Shown: piece after piece, positions 12,347-23,567 of the stretch
How positions within the stretch are numbered: the stretch's first letter is position 1
How the letters are laid out: each line of letters starts with the position of its first letter
DNA from: TPA_inf: Saccharomyces
Taxonomy: Eukaryota
Reading direction: 5' to 3'
Assembly: GCA_000146045.2 (NCBI GenBank)
Contig: BK006945.2
Span: 992,001 to 1,056,000, forward strand
Length of the DNA stretch: 64,000 nt
The notes under the pieces: model-generated
The model's database searches: none
What the model was told of the DNA's origin: nothing
What the model saw: only the letters and a program-made list of their open reading frames with translations
Position numbers and translations under genes: made by a program

Positions 12347-14008
12347 TCACAGTTGTGGCTTTTTCTCCGCTCCCTTTAATATTTTTTCGTAGTATTTAAT
12401 CTTCTCTTGTTCAACCTCCGATAAAGATGGTGGTAATTTTTCATTAATAAGGTCTTCCTTTCTAGCCTTTTCAAAAGTGCTTAGCGTTTCATTCAAACCT
12501 TCAGTCCCACGAGCTAGAGCACCACGAGGTAAGACACCGGCATTCATAGTTTTCAAATATTCCACTTTTTCGCTCTCTTCTCTTAGCACCGAAAACATTC
12601 TTGAAACTTTAGCAATAGCTAATATCTTATTTCTCAAAGCCTTTCTTCGGGTTTCATCTTCTAATATCGCTGATGACGCCTTTTCATCAGATGGGGTGCC
12701 GGTCTCCTTAGTTGCGTTTGCTCTTGCCTTTACAGTCTCCTCCGCAGCTTTGGGTTCCGATTCTGGGTCAAGTTCCTGCTCACTACATATGTTTAATATA
12801 GACACTAACATGCTAGTAACTTTTTCGCCAACAAAAGGTAGTGACCAGGTGAAAACATCCATAAAATCAGGCAACCAGTAAGGGTGCGGAGACATGTGAA
12901 ACTGCCTGATGTTCATGACGTTTTCTTCATATTTTAACACAGCAGCTTTATTATGATATGTGTCCAGGTAGTTTGGCGCACTGAACATGGTTATTAAGCT
13001 CGGGAAGCCTGTTACTTTATTGTTTTTATACATTCTGTACCCAGCATCCTGTGCTTCGTGTGCTCTAATAATAGATAACAAACCATTTGCCTTCAAAAAC
13101 TTGCATGATGCTTTAAAAGTGAAGGCGAAAGAGCAACCCCTCAAACTGTTAGGTACGAATTCATCCTCGCTCTGATCAAATTCGCTACCATCTCTTGCAT
13201 CATCATAATTTTCGACAGGATCGGCCCATAGTAGGTCACACATGAGACCACGAGATGGGATTTCTCGAAATCTATTAATTTTATTAACATCCTCTACTGA
13301 TTTTAACTCTGGAGAGATACCACCATGCACACAAAAATATTGTCCGTTCATTAAAGCTGCTAATGGTAAGACATTGAATGATCTGCAGCAAGCATCGTAA
13401 ACTTCCATATCGTATTTGTGCAACATCTCATTCTTAAAAGTAAAATAAGAGGTCAAGTGCTTACACTCATGGTTACCTCTTAGCATCCAAAATCTCCCTA
13501 AATTATTCAACTTCAAGGAGTACAAATAAATCAGACACTCAAAAGAGAATGCACCTCTATCAACATAATCCCCCAAGAATAAATAGTCGATTTCGGCGGG
13601 GTCACCGCCAACTTCAAACAGTTTCAATAAATCATAATACTGCCCGTGAATATCACCACATATAGTAATTGGCGCTTTGAGTTTTAGTAGATTGGGTTCT
13701 TTACTCAATGCTACAGTTGACATATTTAAGATTTTTATGGCCTGTTCCTTAGAAAGTCGACCCTCATGAAAGAAATGCTCTCTTAAAAAGGAATGATTAG
13801 GTAATCCCGTCTTGGAGTCGAATACTTCCTCATCACTTGGTATCTTTCCTGTTATGGCAGGTACAGAAGCGATAGGTCGGTCCTTAGTAGAAATTACTTT
13901 ACCGTTTTCTAATTCGTATTTTGTTAAATCTTTTTTCCGGTCAACCTTTATGTAAGAGTCATTAGGTTTAATGATTTTGATGCGTGAAGAATTCAAGTCT
14001 TTCGACAT
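12347..14008 (-). CDS. CNA1: Calcineurin A catalytic subunit (Ser/Thr phosphatase PP2B), 553 aa.
   Basis: Metallophosphatase motifs GDIHG, GDYVDRG and GNHE are present. It has a C-terminal regulatory tail. Length is 553 aa. Confidence 0.95.
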
Positions 14009-14377
14009 TGGCGTTGAGAGTGTTTTATGGCAGCTGAGCTAATACGTCAAAAAAAAAAGAATCTAAAAAAACTTTTCTTTGAATAATACCTTTAATAAAG
14101 CAAATATTAAAGGCTTTGCTTCGTTCTTTTATAATAATGCCTCTTGATTCAAAAACATTAAAGGATTTATACATTTTTCCCTTTTGTTTCCCAGTAGTAC
14201 GTTCTTTTTCAGAATTGGAAAATTCATGTTTCAAGAGGCGATGACATGAAAAATTTTGAAATAGATATAGATGAATATCAAAATGATTCAAACAGTTTGT
14301 ATTTATTGCAACAGGAAGAAAGGTGGAGTCCAAAGAAATCTGCGAAAAATTTTTATAGTGATAATCCTTACGGAACA

Positions 14378-14995
14378 ATGAGCACACAATATATTGATGA
14401 GACAGCATTTGTTCAGGCTGAGCAAGGTAAAACCAATCTAATGTTCTCTGACGAAAAGCAACAGGCACGTTTTGAGCTCGGTGTTTCCATGGTTATTTAT
14501 AAGTGGGATGCGTTGGATGTTGCCGTAGAAAACAGTTGGGGTGGTCCAGACTCAGCTGAGAAGAGAGACTGGATTACAGGGATTGTAGTAGACCTTTTCA
14601 AAAATGAAAAAGTTGTTGACGCCGCTTTAATCGAAGAAACGTTACTTTATGCAATGATAGATGAATTTGAAACTAATGTTGAAGACGACTCGGCTTTACC
14701 GATTGCCGTGGAGGTCATCAACATATATAACGACTGTTTCAATTTAAATTATAATAAGGTAGAAAAATTGTATTTGGAATGGCAAGAAAAGCAGAGAACT
14801 AAAAAATCAAAAAGAGTTGTGCATATTGAGGGTGATGATGATGAAGACGATGAAGATGTAGAGGACTATGATGACGAAGATGAAGATGAAGAGATGGACG
14901 AGGTTGTACCTGACTTAGTATCGTCTAAACCTGAACCAATTGTTGACGAAGACGGTTTTGAATTGGTTCAACCAAAAGGAAGAAGAAAGCACTAG
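14378..14995 (+). CDS. TSR2: Tsr2, a pre-rRNA processing factor and Rps26 escortin, 205 aa.
   Basis: True ATG at 14378 gives 205 aa; the track ORF is 44 codons 5'-extended. The C-terminus is an acidic Asp/Glu tail. Confidence 0.9.
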   Translation: MSTQYIDETAFVQAEQGKTNLMFSDEKQQARFELGVSMVIYKWDALDVAVENSWGGPDSAEKRDWITGIVVDLFKNEKVVDAALIEETLLYAMIDEFETNVEDDSALPIAVEVINIYNDCFNLNYNKVEKLYLEWQEKQRTKKSKRVVHIEGDDDEDDEDVEDYDDEDEDEEMDEVVPDLVSSKPEPIVDEDGFELVQPKGRRKH

Positions 14996-15420
14996 TATCT
15001 TCAAAATCTGTATATTATAATTGATAGTGCGCTGCTTTTTTGCACTTCCAGTAAGAAATAGCAACAAAATTAGATAAATCTCGGTGGAGTTATCCAAAAT
15101 ATGTAATATATATCAAGAAAGTTACGTATTAAACATTGGACTTCTAGAGGAGATCTTCAATATAGATTTAAAAGGTGGGCAATGCATCGCTACGTGAAGA
15201 TTTTTACTTTTCTTCAACATGTGTATTTTTTATGTTTCATATTTTTATATTTTGTGTTTGCTAAGGTCTAATCGTTCAGCTAAGTTAAAGCTAAGTATAA
15301 GAAGCAAAAAATACTAAATTATACTAAATTATAAATTTTCGTACATAAATAATCATGAGGTAGATGTTTAAATATGTAAATAGTTTCTTTTTTCTTCTTT
15401 GTGATTGTCAAAATTTGTGT

Positions 15421-18400
15421 CTATCTATACAACCCTCTAGAGGTATATCTTAACTGTGTATTATCATCAAATTCGTTATTATTATAATTGTCATTATCGC
15501 TATTAATGAATTTAAATTTCTTGAAAAAAGAAGATGTCATTTCCAGAAATGAAAAAGATTCTTTTCTGAAGTTTGCGATCTTAAATAGTCGGATGTCGGT
15601 TCCAACCCAAATGTTATTTTCAATTATGTTGTTTACAACGCCGGGACTAATTTCTTCTTCAAACATATAACTATTCAAATTATCTGTAATGATTGACGTG
15701 CTGACATTTGGATCTCTTTGACTAGCCTTGGTGTCATCACTGCCACCATTGCTGTTATTTCCACCCCATTTCCATTTGAAAAATGAAAATCCGCCGTTAC
15801 TACTGTTGTTGCTATTACCATTAGTGGAATTATTGTTATTAGTCTCAGGAGCAACATGATGAGAATTTGGTCTAGTTCTTATTGAAGAACTATTAGAAGT
15901 AGTCTTCTCTAAAGTAATGGAGGACGAAGACGAAGACGATCTTAAATGCTGAAAGTGATTTTGCGCTGTGTTCTGAAAAAAATAATTCATCAAGTTGCCA
16001 CTTCCGTTACTTTTTGTTCTATTTAATGCCATTGTTGGGGTACTTACACCTGAGCCAGCGCTTATTGTTCTTTCTAAGCTTACAGAAGATTGACCTCTTG
16101 ATCTTCGTATGTATCCCAAACGATCTGTTGTAGGCTTTGAAATGGTATTGCCTTCACATTCGTCAATACTAATATCCAAAAGAGATTCAAATTGCCTCAA
16201 TTCATGCGAAAAAGTTTCCTCGTATTTAAACGACGTCTGCGTGAAAATATTTGCCCATGTGGCAATGTGGAACCACATCAACAGCTTATCATTAGTATGC
16301 ATAGACAAAGGCTGAAAAGTTGTCAATCGTCGAACATCCAGTGGTAACCGGGGATGAATTGTGGTCAATATATCAGATCTAAGAGCCGACAGTTTCGATA
16401 AAGTTTCGAAATATTGCACCGATTTAATTCTCGGAATTTCAGGAACCTTCGACAAAATTTGCTTAATAACCCGCAAAAGAATTTGTAAATAAACTGTACC
16501 GGACCAAACTTCATTAAAATTTTCATATTTGGGATTTTTACATTTGTGAGTAAACGTTAGTGGTGTAGGCCATTGAGGTCTATGTGGCCAATACTCTAAT
16601 TGATGTTGCAAATTCAGATTTGAATCTGACTTGAAATCAATGAATGCAATGACTTGGTAGTTCTTATCATGATTCGTACTTGAAAAATGCTTAACTGTCC
16701 CAGGTGTTTCATTTTCTAATGACGCAGGATTGAAAAGCAAATAAGGAGTTGGAGATTCGTTTTCTTGACCTGGGTCCTCATTTTGATTTTGGCCTCGATT
16801 GTCATTTTGGCCTTGTTGCTGATTTTGATGTTGTTGATTTGCTGAAGAATAAAGATTGACTTGAGGCAAATCAGTTATCTCTTCAAATTGATAGAAATCC
16901 TTCCATTGGACTTTCCGGTTGAATCCCATTTGCTTCAAGGTCATGATATGCGAATTTAAATTTGGATTCATGTCTAAGGCCTTGGATATAGAATTTATAG
17001 AGTCATTTATTTGGTGAGTGATGGACTGATGTCTCACCATTGCAAATAGTAGATTCTCCGCATCGTCAAAATATAAGGTGAAAAATATTGTGATTGACCT
17101 TAATAATAACGCCAACAAATCCATTTTGAAACCCGGTGAGATCATATACGGTATATCTTTTGTCTTGAAGACAGGCGTAGCGTAAGTTGTCAGATAAACC
17201 TTATTTGATGACTTAGAAAGAACGTAAAGTAGGGACATTGCAGCATTGTAGGATAGTTTGGACGAGGATGTATGACTAGAGGTGGCTGCACTTGGTGATG
17301 CGGACTTCTTCTTTGCTGATAATAGAATTAAATCGTCATGTGAATCATCATTTTTGTGAGAACTGGTCAAAATTTCGTCATTAATTGGCAGCAGATTGTA
17401 AATCAATTCATAAAAAATCGGATTCGGTTGTAAATTGAATTTAATGTTGTCTAAAATCAAATTCGATAATTGTATGACTGTAAAATCTCTGAACGTCAAA
17501 TTATTTATATCGCCGTTGATGTTGGAGAGTTTGTAGAAATTTGGCAAATTATTTGTATAATAATTAAGGTTGAAAGTCTGTAGCATTTTGAAGAGAACAA
17601 GTTTTTTTGAAGTCAAAATCAGGAGAAGATGATTGAGTAAAGGTAACAAGATCTGTGAAACGCTATTTTCGTTCAGTTCCACAATAGAACGCTCGTTGCT
17701 CGTATCGTTAGATGTGCCGTTGCTCGTGGTGGAAGAATTCGAGCGTGTTGTTGATGAAGACGACGACAACGATGAATAATCATAATACTTTAAATAGTAG
17801 ATGGAAAAAATGATGAATCTACTTGCAAACTTGTCTGCAAAATAATTTTGGAAACACTTATTGCAATCAATCAAGTTTGTCATGAGAATAGTCATAGGTA
17901 TCAACAAAGGATGAATCTCTGGTAATTGTGGCTTTGTTTGCGGTTTCGTATGGTATGCCGCCGATGATGAACTAGGCAACGAAGCATGCGAAGATGAACT
18001 GTTATCGTGAGAGCTCGTCGACACGGCTCTCCTTCTGCTGGCATCAATATGTTTATTGTTTGTGAAGTTAAAAATGTTTGATTCTTGTTCTATGGCGAGA
18101 TCGATGGGGTATTTGAAAATTTTAATGAAACTAGAAAGAATTAATTTTAAATCGTACTCTCGCTGTAATTGGGTGAGGAAAATGGTAATGACATTGTCTT
18201 GGGCCTTATATGACATGGAGAGATTTAAAACGTGCAGACAAGACTGCACAAATTGAAAATAAAGCGTCTGCCAATTACTTGCGGTGGCGTCGGAGCTGAA
18301 AAAATTAGCCTTCAAGCTCTGGAAGTCTTTATTATTGTTAAGTATAAACCGCATCGTGCAATTTAATAGCGAGGAAGTGAATTGAATGCTTTTGTCCTTA

Positions 18401-19245
18401 GGCATTTGAGTACACCAGTAGACAAGAAACATGTTTATGTCCTGTTTACCGCCGCTCGTGTACAAGTCCGAAGAAAATAAAGCTGCCAAAAGACGTAAAA
18501 GAAGCAGTCTATTGGCAAAAAGATGCCACTGATGATGCATATTCAGTAGTGAGCGGTACTTGTTGGAATTAGTCAAGATGCCGATTTCCCACAATTCGCT
18601 TGGGTGGGCGGTCACGGCAGTTGTGAAATTATCTTGGAAAGCCAGTTTCAAGATCGCCAACAGTAGTCTTTCTCCCAGTGGGATGTTTTGCAAGGGAAGA
18701 CCCTCAATTTCATGTTGCGTGGCCCAAAAGACATCGTAATGGTCCTGCGTGCTAGACTTGACCCGGTCAAAATAAATAGGTATGAGGATGGAAAGGGTCT
18801 TTATGGCGTTGATAAGCCGCGAAGAATGAAGTCCCGTACGGGAAGCGGGCAAGGAGTTCGCGGAAAGAATAATGTAGAGCGAAAGGAAGACAATCAAGTT
18901 GTTGAAGTTGGGTGGGTTCAAACTAGAGATAATGTGCAGGATTTTTTTAAAACTAGAGTTAATGCTGAAGTCCTGCACGTCCACTGATATGAAGTCCAAG
19001 TAAAAATCGTTGAAGACGGTATCTAGCGGGACATTTGGTTTGTCGCTGAACAACGCTTCAACGTCAGGCCCAGAATCCAGCTTAAAAATTGACAGGTTTA
19101 AACTCAACGGATCAGCATCAACTGAAAGGGAGGGCGAGGGCGACGACGTACGTGAAGGGGAGGACGCATCTGCGTCCTCCGGTCGAACCAGAGCGATGCA
19201 GTGGTTCAGCAGGATCGAACTGGATTTGGAGTCAGTATTTCCCAT
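15421..19245 (-). CDS. ECM30: Ecm30, a large protein of unclear function with Ser/Asn-rich low-complexity regions, 1274 aa.
   Basis: 1274-aa ORF with start complement at 19243-19245. Length and position match YLR436C. Confidence 0.88.
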   Translation of the reverse strand: MGNTDSKSSSILLNHCIALVRPEDADASSPSRTSSPSPSLSVDADPLSLNLSIFKLDSGPDVEALFSDKPNVPLDTVFNDFYLDFISVDVQDFSINSSFKKILHIISSLNPPNFNNLIVFLSLYIILSANSLPASRTGLHSSRLINAIKTLSILIPIYFDRVKSSTQDHYDVFWATQHEIEGLPLQNIPLGERLLLAILKLAFQDNFTTAVTAHPSELWEIGILTNSNKYRSLLNMHHQWHLFANRLLLLRLLAALFSSDLYTSGGKQDINMFLVYWCTQMPKDKSIQFTSSLLNCTMRFILNNNKDFQSLKANFFSSDATASNWQTLYFQFVQSCLHVLNLSMSYKAQDNVITIFLTQLQREYDLKLILSSFIKIFKYPIDLAIEQESNIFNFTNNKHIDASRRRAVSTSSHDNSSSSHASLPSSSSAAYHTKPQTKPQLPEIHPLLIPMTILMTNLIDCNKCFQNYFADKFASRFIIFSIYYLKYYDYSSLSSSSSTTRSNSSTTSNGTSNDTSNERSIVELNENSVSQILLPLLNHLLLILTSKKLVLFKMLQTFNLNYYTNNLPNFYKLSNINGDINNLTFRDFTVIQLSNLILDNIKFNLQPNPIFYELIYNLLPINDEILTSSHKNDDSHDDLILLSAKKKSASPSAATSSHTSSSKLSYNAAMSLLYVLSKSSNKVYLTTYATPVFKTKDIPYMISPGFKMDLLALLLRSITIFFTLYFDDAENLLFAMVRHQSITHQINDSINSISKALDMNPNLNSHIMTLKQMGFNRKVQWKDFYQFEEITDLPQVNLYSSANQQHQNQQQGQNDNRGQNQNEDPGQENESPTPYLLFNPASLENETPGTVKHFSSTNHDKNYQVIAFIDFKSDSNLNLQHQLEYWPHRPQWPTPLTFTHKCKNPKYENFNEVWSGTVYLQILLRVIKQILSKVPEIPRIKSVQYFETLSKLSALRSDILTTIHPRLPLDVRRLTTFQPLSMHTNDKLLMWFHIATWANIFTQTSFKYEETFSHELRQFESLLDISIDECEGNTISKPTTDRLGYIRRSRGQSSVSLERTISAGSGVSTPTMALNRTKSNGSGNLMNYFFQNTAQNHFQHLRSSSSSSSITLEKTTSNSSSIRTRPNSHHVAPETNNNNSTNGNSNNSSNGGFSFFKWKWGGNNSNGGSDDTKASQRDPNVSTSIITDNLNSYMFEEEISPGVVNNIIENNIWVGTDIRLFKIANFRKESFSFLEMTSSFFKKFKFINSDNDNYNNNEFDDNTQLRYTSRGLYR

Positions 19246-19621
19246 TATGCATAGCCTAAGGGAGAATTTTTATGGTTTGATTTGTGTGTATTTCTTTCTC
19301 TATTAGCTTTTTCTCTGATTTGTTTGCTTATCTACCTGTACGTGTATGTTGTGTACTCAATAAATAGAGGTCTTTTTTTTTTTTTTTCTCCATAGGTTTA
19401 CCCGAAAGAAAAAACACCGAAATTAAGCACGTAAACCGGCGGAAAAGCAAGGAAAAACCCCCTGAAGCCAAAGCAACTGCGATAGTTTTTATTATTTGTT
19501 ATATCCTCTATAAAAAATGTGCGAACAAGAGAAAAGACTATATAAAGAATCTATAAAAGAGAAAGTAAAGTAGGAAAAAGAGAGAAAAAAAGAGAGAGAT
19601 AAAAAAAATTGTGCAAGTCTG

Positions 19622-20023
19622 TTAAAGTCTTCTCTTGGATCCATTAACCATTGTTTCGTGCTCCGCGGCAGGTTCCGCGACGTCCCATTTCTCGAGCGAG
19701 GACGCCTCGGTCGACATTGTTCTCTGGTTTATCAGCATAGGTGGTAGCGAGTTAGCAGTGGGCAAGGGCGACCTTGTAAATTGCGGAACAATAACGCTCG
19801 AGTAATCTCTAATGACACCCGGCTGTAGTGAAGCGTCCGAGGTGCTCGGCGTCCTCGATGCATAACCCTGGTCGACCCGCTGTCTGATTCGCATACCCAC
19901 AGTCATCAACTGGTCCTTGTGGAAATCCTGTTGCTGCTGCTGCTGCTGCTCCTGTTGTTGTTGTTGTTGTTGAAGCTGTCTCTTTGGGACGAGGCTGCTT
20001 GCCCATTCCAGTTGTGCGTCCAT
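19622..20023 (-). CDS. DIF1: Dif1, the Sml1/Hug1-family regulator of ribonucleotide reductase Rnr2/Rnr4 nuclear import, 133 aa.
   Basis: 133-aa minus-strand ORF containing a (CAG/CAA)n-encoded polyQ tract. Position and length match YLR437C. Confidence 0.88.
   Translation of the reverse strand: MDAQLEWASSLVPKRQLQQQQQQQEQQQQQQQDFHKDQLMTVGMRIRQRVDQGYASRTPSTSDASLQPGVIRDYSSVIVPQFTRSPLPTANSLPPMLINQRTMSTEASSLEKWDVAEPAAEHETMVNGSKRRL
19930..19973 (-). repeat. DIF1: Coding trinucleotide repeat: (CTG)7 followed by (GTT)7 on the plus strand, i.e. CAG/CAA-encoded polyQ in DIF1 (QQQQQQQEQQQQQQQ).
   Basis: Direct reading of the sequence. The translation of the DIF1 frame shows the polyQ tract. Confidence 0.95.
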
Positions 20024-20285
20024 TAAGTCTTGTTTGTTCCTGTATTAGTGTGTGATGTAAAGCGTGCGTTTCTTGATCTGGGTTCTCTTGCTGTTTCTTT
20101 TTCTTTGTTTTCTTCTCCAATCCTTGCCTGTTGCTACTAGATAAATAAATACCCCACTGGCGGGAAAAAGAAAAAGCACACACACAAACAAACGAGAAGA
20201 AAAAAGCGCGTGGTACGAGCCGCGCTAATGAGGAATAGAACCCATGCACCACACGCAAATGTGCGCACGGACAAATTCTGCCCTC

Positions 20286-20380
20286 TGTTAACGGCAGGAC
20301 CTGGCGTCCCCTGCCGTTAGCGGCGCTAGCCGACGCCGTAGTCGCGTGCCCTTGCCCTTAGCGGCTGACTGGCTGACTCG
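20286..20380. promoter_or_regulatory. GC-rich regulatory cluster in the DIF1/CAR2 divergent promoter, with a 10-bp perfect inverted repeat, three TTA(A/G)CGGC repeats, a URS1-like GC core and a TGACTG/TGACTC tandem.
   Basis: TAACGGCAGG (20289-20298) and CCTGCCGTTA (20310-20319) form a perfect palindrome with an 11-bp spacer. TTAACGGC / TTAGCGGC / TTAGCGGC lie at 20288, 20317 and 20358. TGACTC lies at 20374-20379. Confidence 0.4.
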
Positions 20381-20500
20381 ATTGCATATATAAATTGCGG
20401 CCACCATACGTTGAGTCTTGTTGTTATATGGCGGTTGTTCGTATTACAGCAAAGGATACTACACCACAAGACACCACAGCAGCACAGAACCACAACACCA

Positions 20501-21775
20501 ATGTCCGAAGCTACCCTCTCCTCCAAGCAAACCATTGAATGGGAAAACAAATACTCCGCCCACAACTACCACCCCTTGCCCGTCGTTTTTCACAAGGCTA
20601 AGGGCGCACATGTGTGGGACCCGGAGGGTAAGCTGTACCTCGACTTCCTGAGCGCTTATTCTGCCGTCAACCAGGGCCATTGCCATCCTCACATCATCAA
20701 GGCTTTGACGGAGCAAGCACAAACACTAACATTGTCCTCCAGAGCGTTCCACAACGATGTTTACGCGCAATTCGCCAAGTTCGTGACCGAATTCTTCGGG
20801 TTCGAAACCGTTTTGCCCATGAACACCGGTGCAGAAGCCGTGGAAACTGCTTTGAAGTTGGCCAGAAGATGGGGGTACATGAAGAAGAACATCCCTCAAG
20901 ATAAAGCCATCATTCTGGGTGCCGAGGGTAACTTCCACGGGAGAACCTTCGGTGCTATCAGTTTGAGTACCGACTACGAGGACTCCAAGTTGCATTTCGG
21001 GCCTTTCGTGCCTAACGTTGCCAGTGGTCACTCCGTGCACAAGATCAGATACGGCCACGCAGAAGATTTCGTCCCTATCTTGGAATCTCCTGAAGGTAAG
21101 AACGTTGCCGCCATCATTCTAGAGCCAATTCAGGGTGAAGCCGGTATCGTCGTGCCCCCCGCAGACTACTTCCCAAAGGTCTCCGCATTATGCCGTAAGC
21201 ACAACGTCCTATTGATCGTTGACGAAATTCAAACCGGTATCGGTAGAACCGGTGAGTTGCTTTGCTACGACCACTACAAGGCAGAGGCCAAGCCTGATAT
21301 TGTTTTGTTAGGTAAGGCTCTCTCAGGTGGTGTTCTTCCCGTCTCATGTGTTCTGTCTTCTCACGACATCATGTCTTGCTTTACCCCAGGATCTCACGGT
21401 TCTACTTTCGGCGGTAATCCTTTGGCTTCCCGCGTTGCCATCGCCGCCCTCGAGGTCATCCGCGACGAGAAGCTGTGCCAAAGAGCCGCCCAACTGGGTA
21501 GCTCTTTCATCGCCCAATTGAAAGCTCTCCAAGCCAAATCTAACGGTATAATCTCTGAGGTGCGTGGTATGGGACTGCTTACCGCCATCGTAATCGACCC
21601 ATCCAAGGCCAATGGTAAGACCGCTTGGGACTTGTGTCTATTGATGAAGGATCACGGCCTCTTGGCTAAGCCCACCCACGACCACATCATCAGATTGGCT
21701 CCTCCTTTGGTCATCTCCGAAGAGGACTTGCAAACCGGTGTCGAAACCATTGCCAAGTGTATCGATCTGTTATAA
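20501..21775 (+). CDS. CAR2: Ornithine aminotransferase (PLP-dependent class III aminotransferase), 424 aa.
   Basis: True ATG at 20501; the track ORF starts on a TTG 30 codons upstream. The aminotransferase-III motif [11 protein letters not shown] is present. Length is 424 aa. Confidence 0.95.
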
Positions 21776-21908
21776 TATTAATACGCATTTTTTTTATGTT
21801 TTCTCGTTTCTTTTCTTTTTTTTGTTTTATATCTTACACATTTTTAATATACTAAAAGTAAAATAAAAAAATACGTACTGTTTCCCTTTGTTTTCTCCTC
21901 CTCTTTGC

Positions 21909-22178
21909 TTATATCTCCACTGCGCCATCGTCATCTTCAGAGGGCGTGCTGATTAGAGTCACTGTGTCTCCTCTGATGAACACCATTTCACATCGTCTTT
22001 CGGACTCACTCAACTCCTCGTTGTTTAATTGGTATATGGTCTCTACTGCATCACTCAGCACGATGTTGCAGTGTGAGTCGAACGCTTGCAGTGTGCCCAC
22101 CAGCGTCCTGGCCCCGCGCAGCTTGATGTACACCCTCTCATCGAGATTGAGTTTCAATAAATCCAAAGGTGTCTCCAT
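21909..22178 (-). CDS. LSM3: Sm-like protein Lsm3, 89 aa.
   Basis: 89-aa ORF with an Sm fold sequence ([28 protein letters not shown]). It is convergent with CAR2. Confidence 0.93.
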
Positions 22179-22193
22179 TTTCTTGAGTGTGCG

Positions 22194-22215
22194 TGATGTT
22201 GTGTGTGTGTGTGTA
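22194..22215. repeat. (GT)n dinucleotide microsatellite in the LSM3-MRPL4 divergent promoter.
   Basis: tgtgtgtgtgtgtgtgt read directly. Confidence 0.9.
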
Positions 22216-22400
22216 TTTATCTGCGTGTCTCTCCCCTGTTGTATTGGTTGCTAGAATGGATGGAAACATCCTGCCTCTTGTTTGTTCAAACCTCAGCTTT
22301 CTTGCTTTTTTTCTTCTTTCAATATCGCGACCTATCACACAGCACGGATAGCCAAAAGGGCGCATCAGGAAGAAGAAAAAATATCATTTCAGCAAACTAA

Positions 22401-23450
<1,050 letters not shown>

Positions 23451-23482
23451 TTCCCGTGGGCTTCCTACCCTCTCTCCTGTAA

Positions 23483-23540
23483 ATATATATATATATATAT
23501 ATCCACACACACTCGCACATACATACACACATACATACAC
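23483..23540. repeat. (AT)10 microsatellite followed by a CA/CATA-rich tract between the convergent 3' ends of MRPL4 and SEC39.
   Basis: atatatatatatatatatat then ccacacacactcgcacatacatacacacatacatacac. Confidence 0.9.
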
Positions 23541-23567
23541 CTTTATATAGCTATACGCTGTATGTAT

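Noticed and set aside
14025-14468. 147-aa minus-strand ORF overlapping the TSR2 start and promoter (YLR434C-like)
   Set aside because: It overlaps a verified gene on the opposite strand. It is the type of ORF classed as dubious. No recognisable domain is present.
19809-20258. 149-aa minus-strand ORF overlapping DIF1 in another frame and extending into the GC-rich promoter
   Set aside because: It is in a different frame from the recognised 133-aa DIF1. Its high GC content inflates ORF length. It is better explained as a regulatory region.
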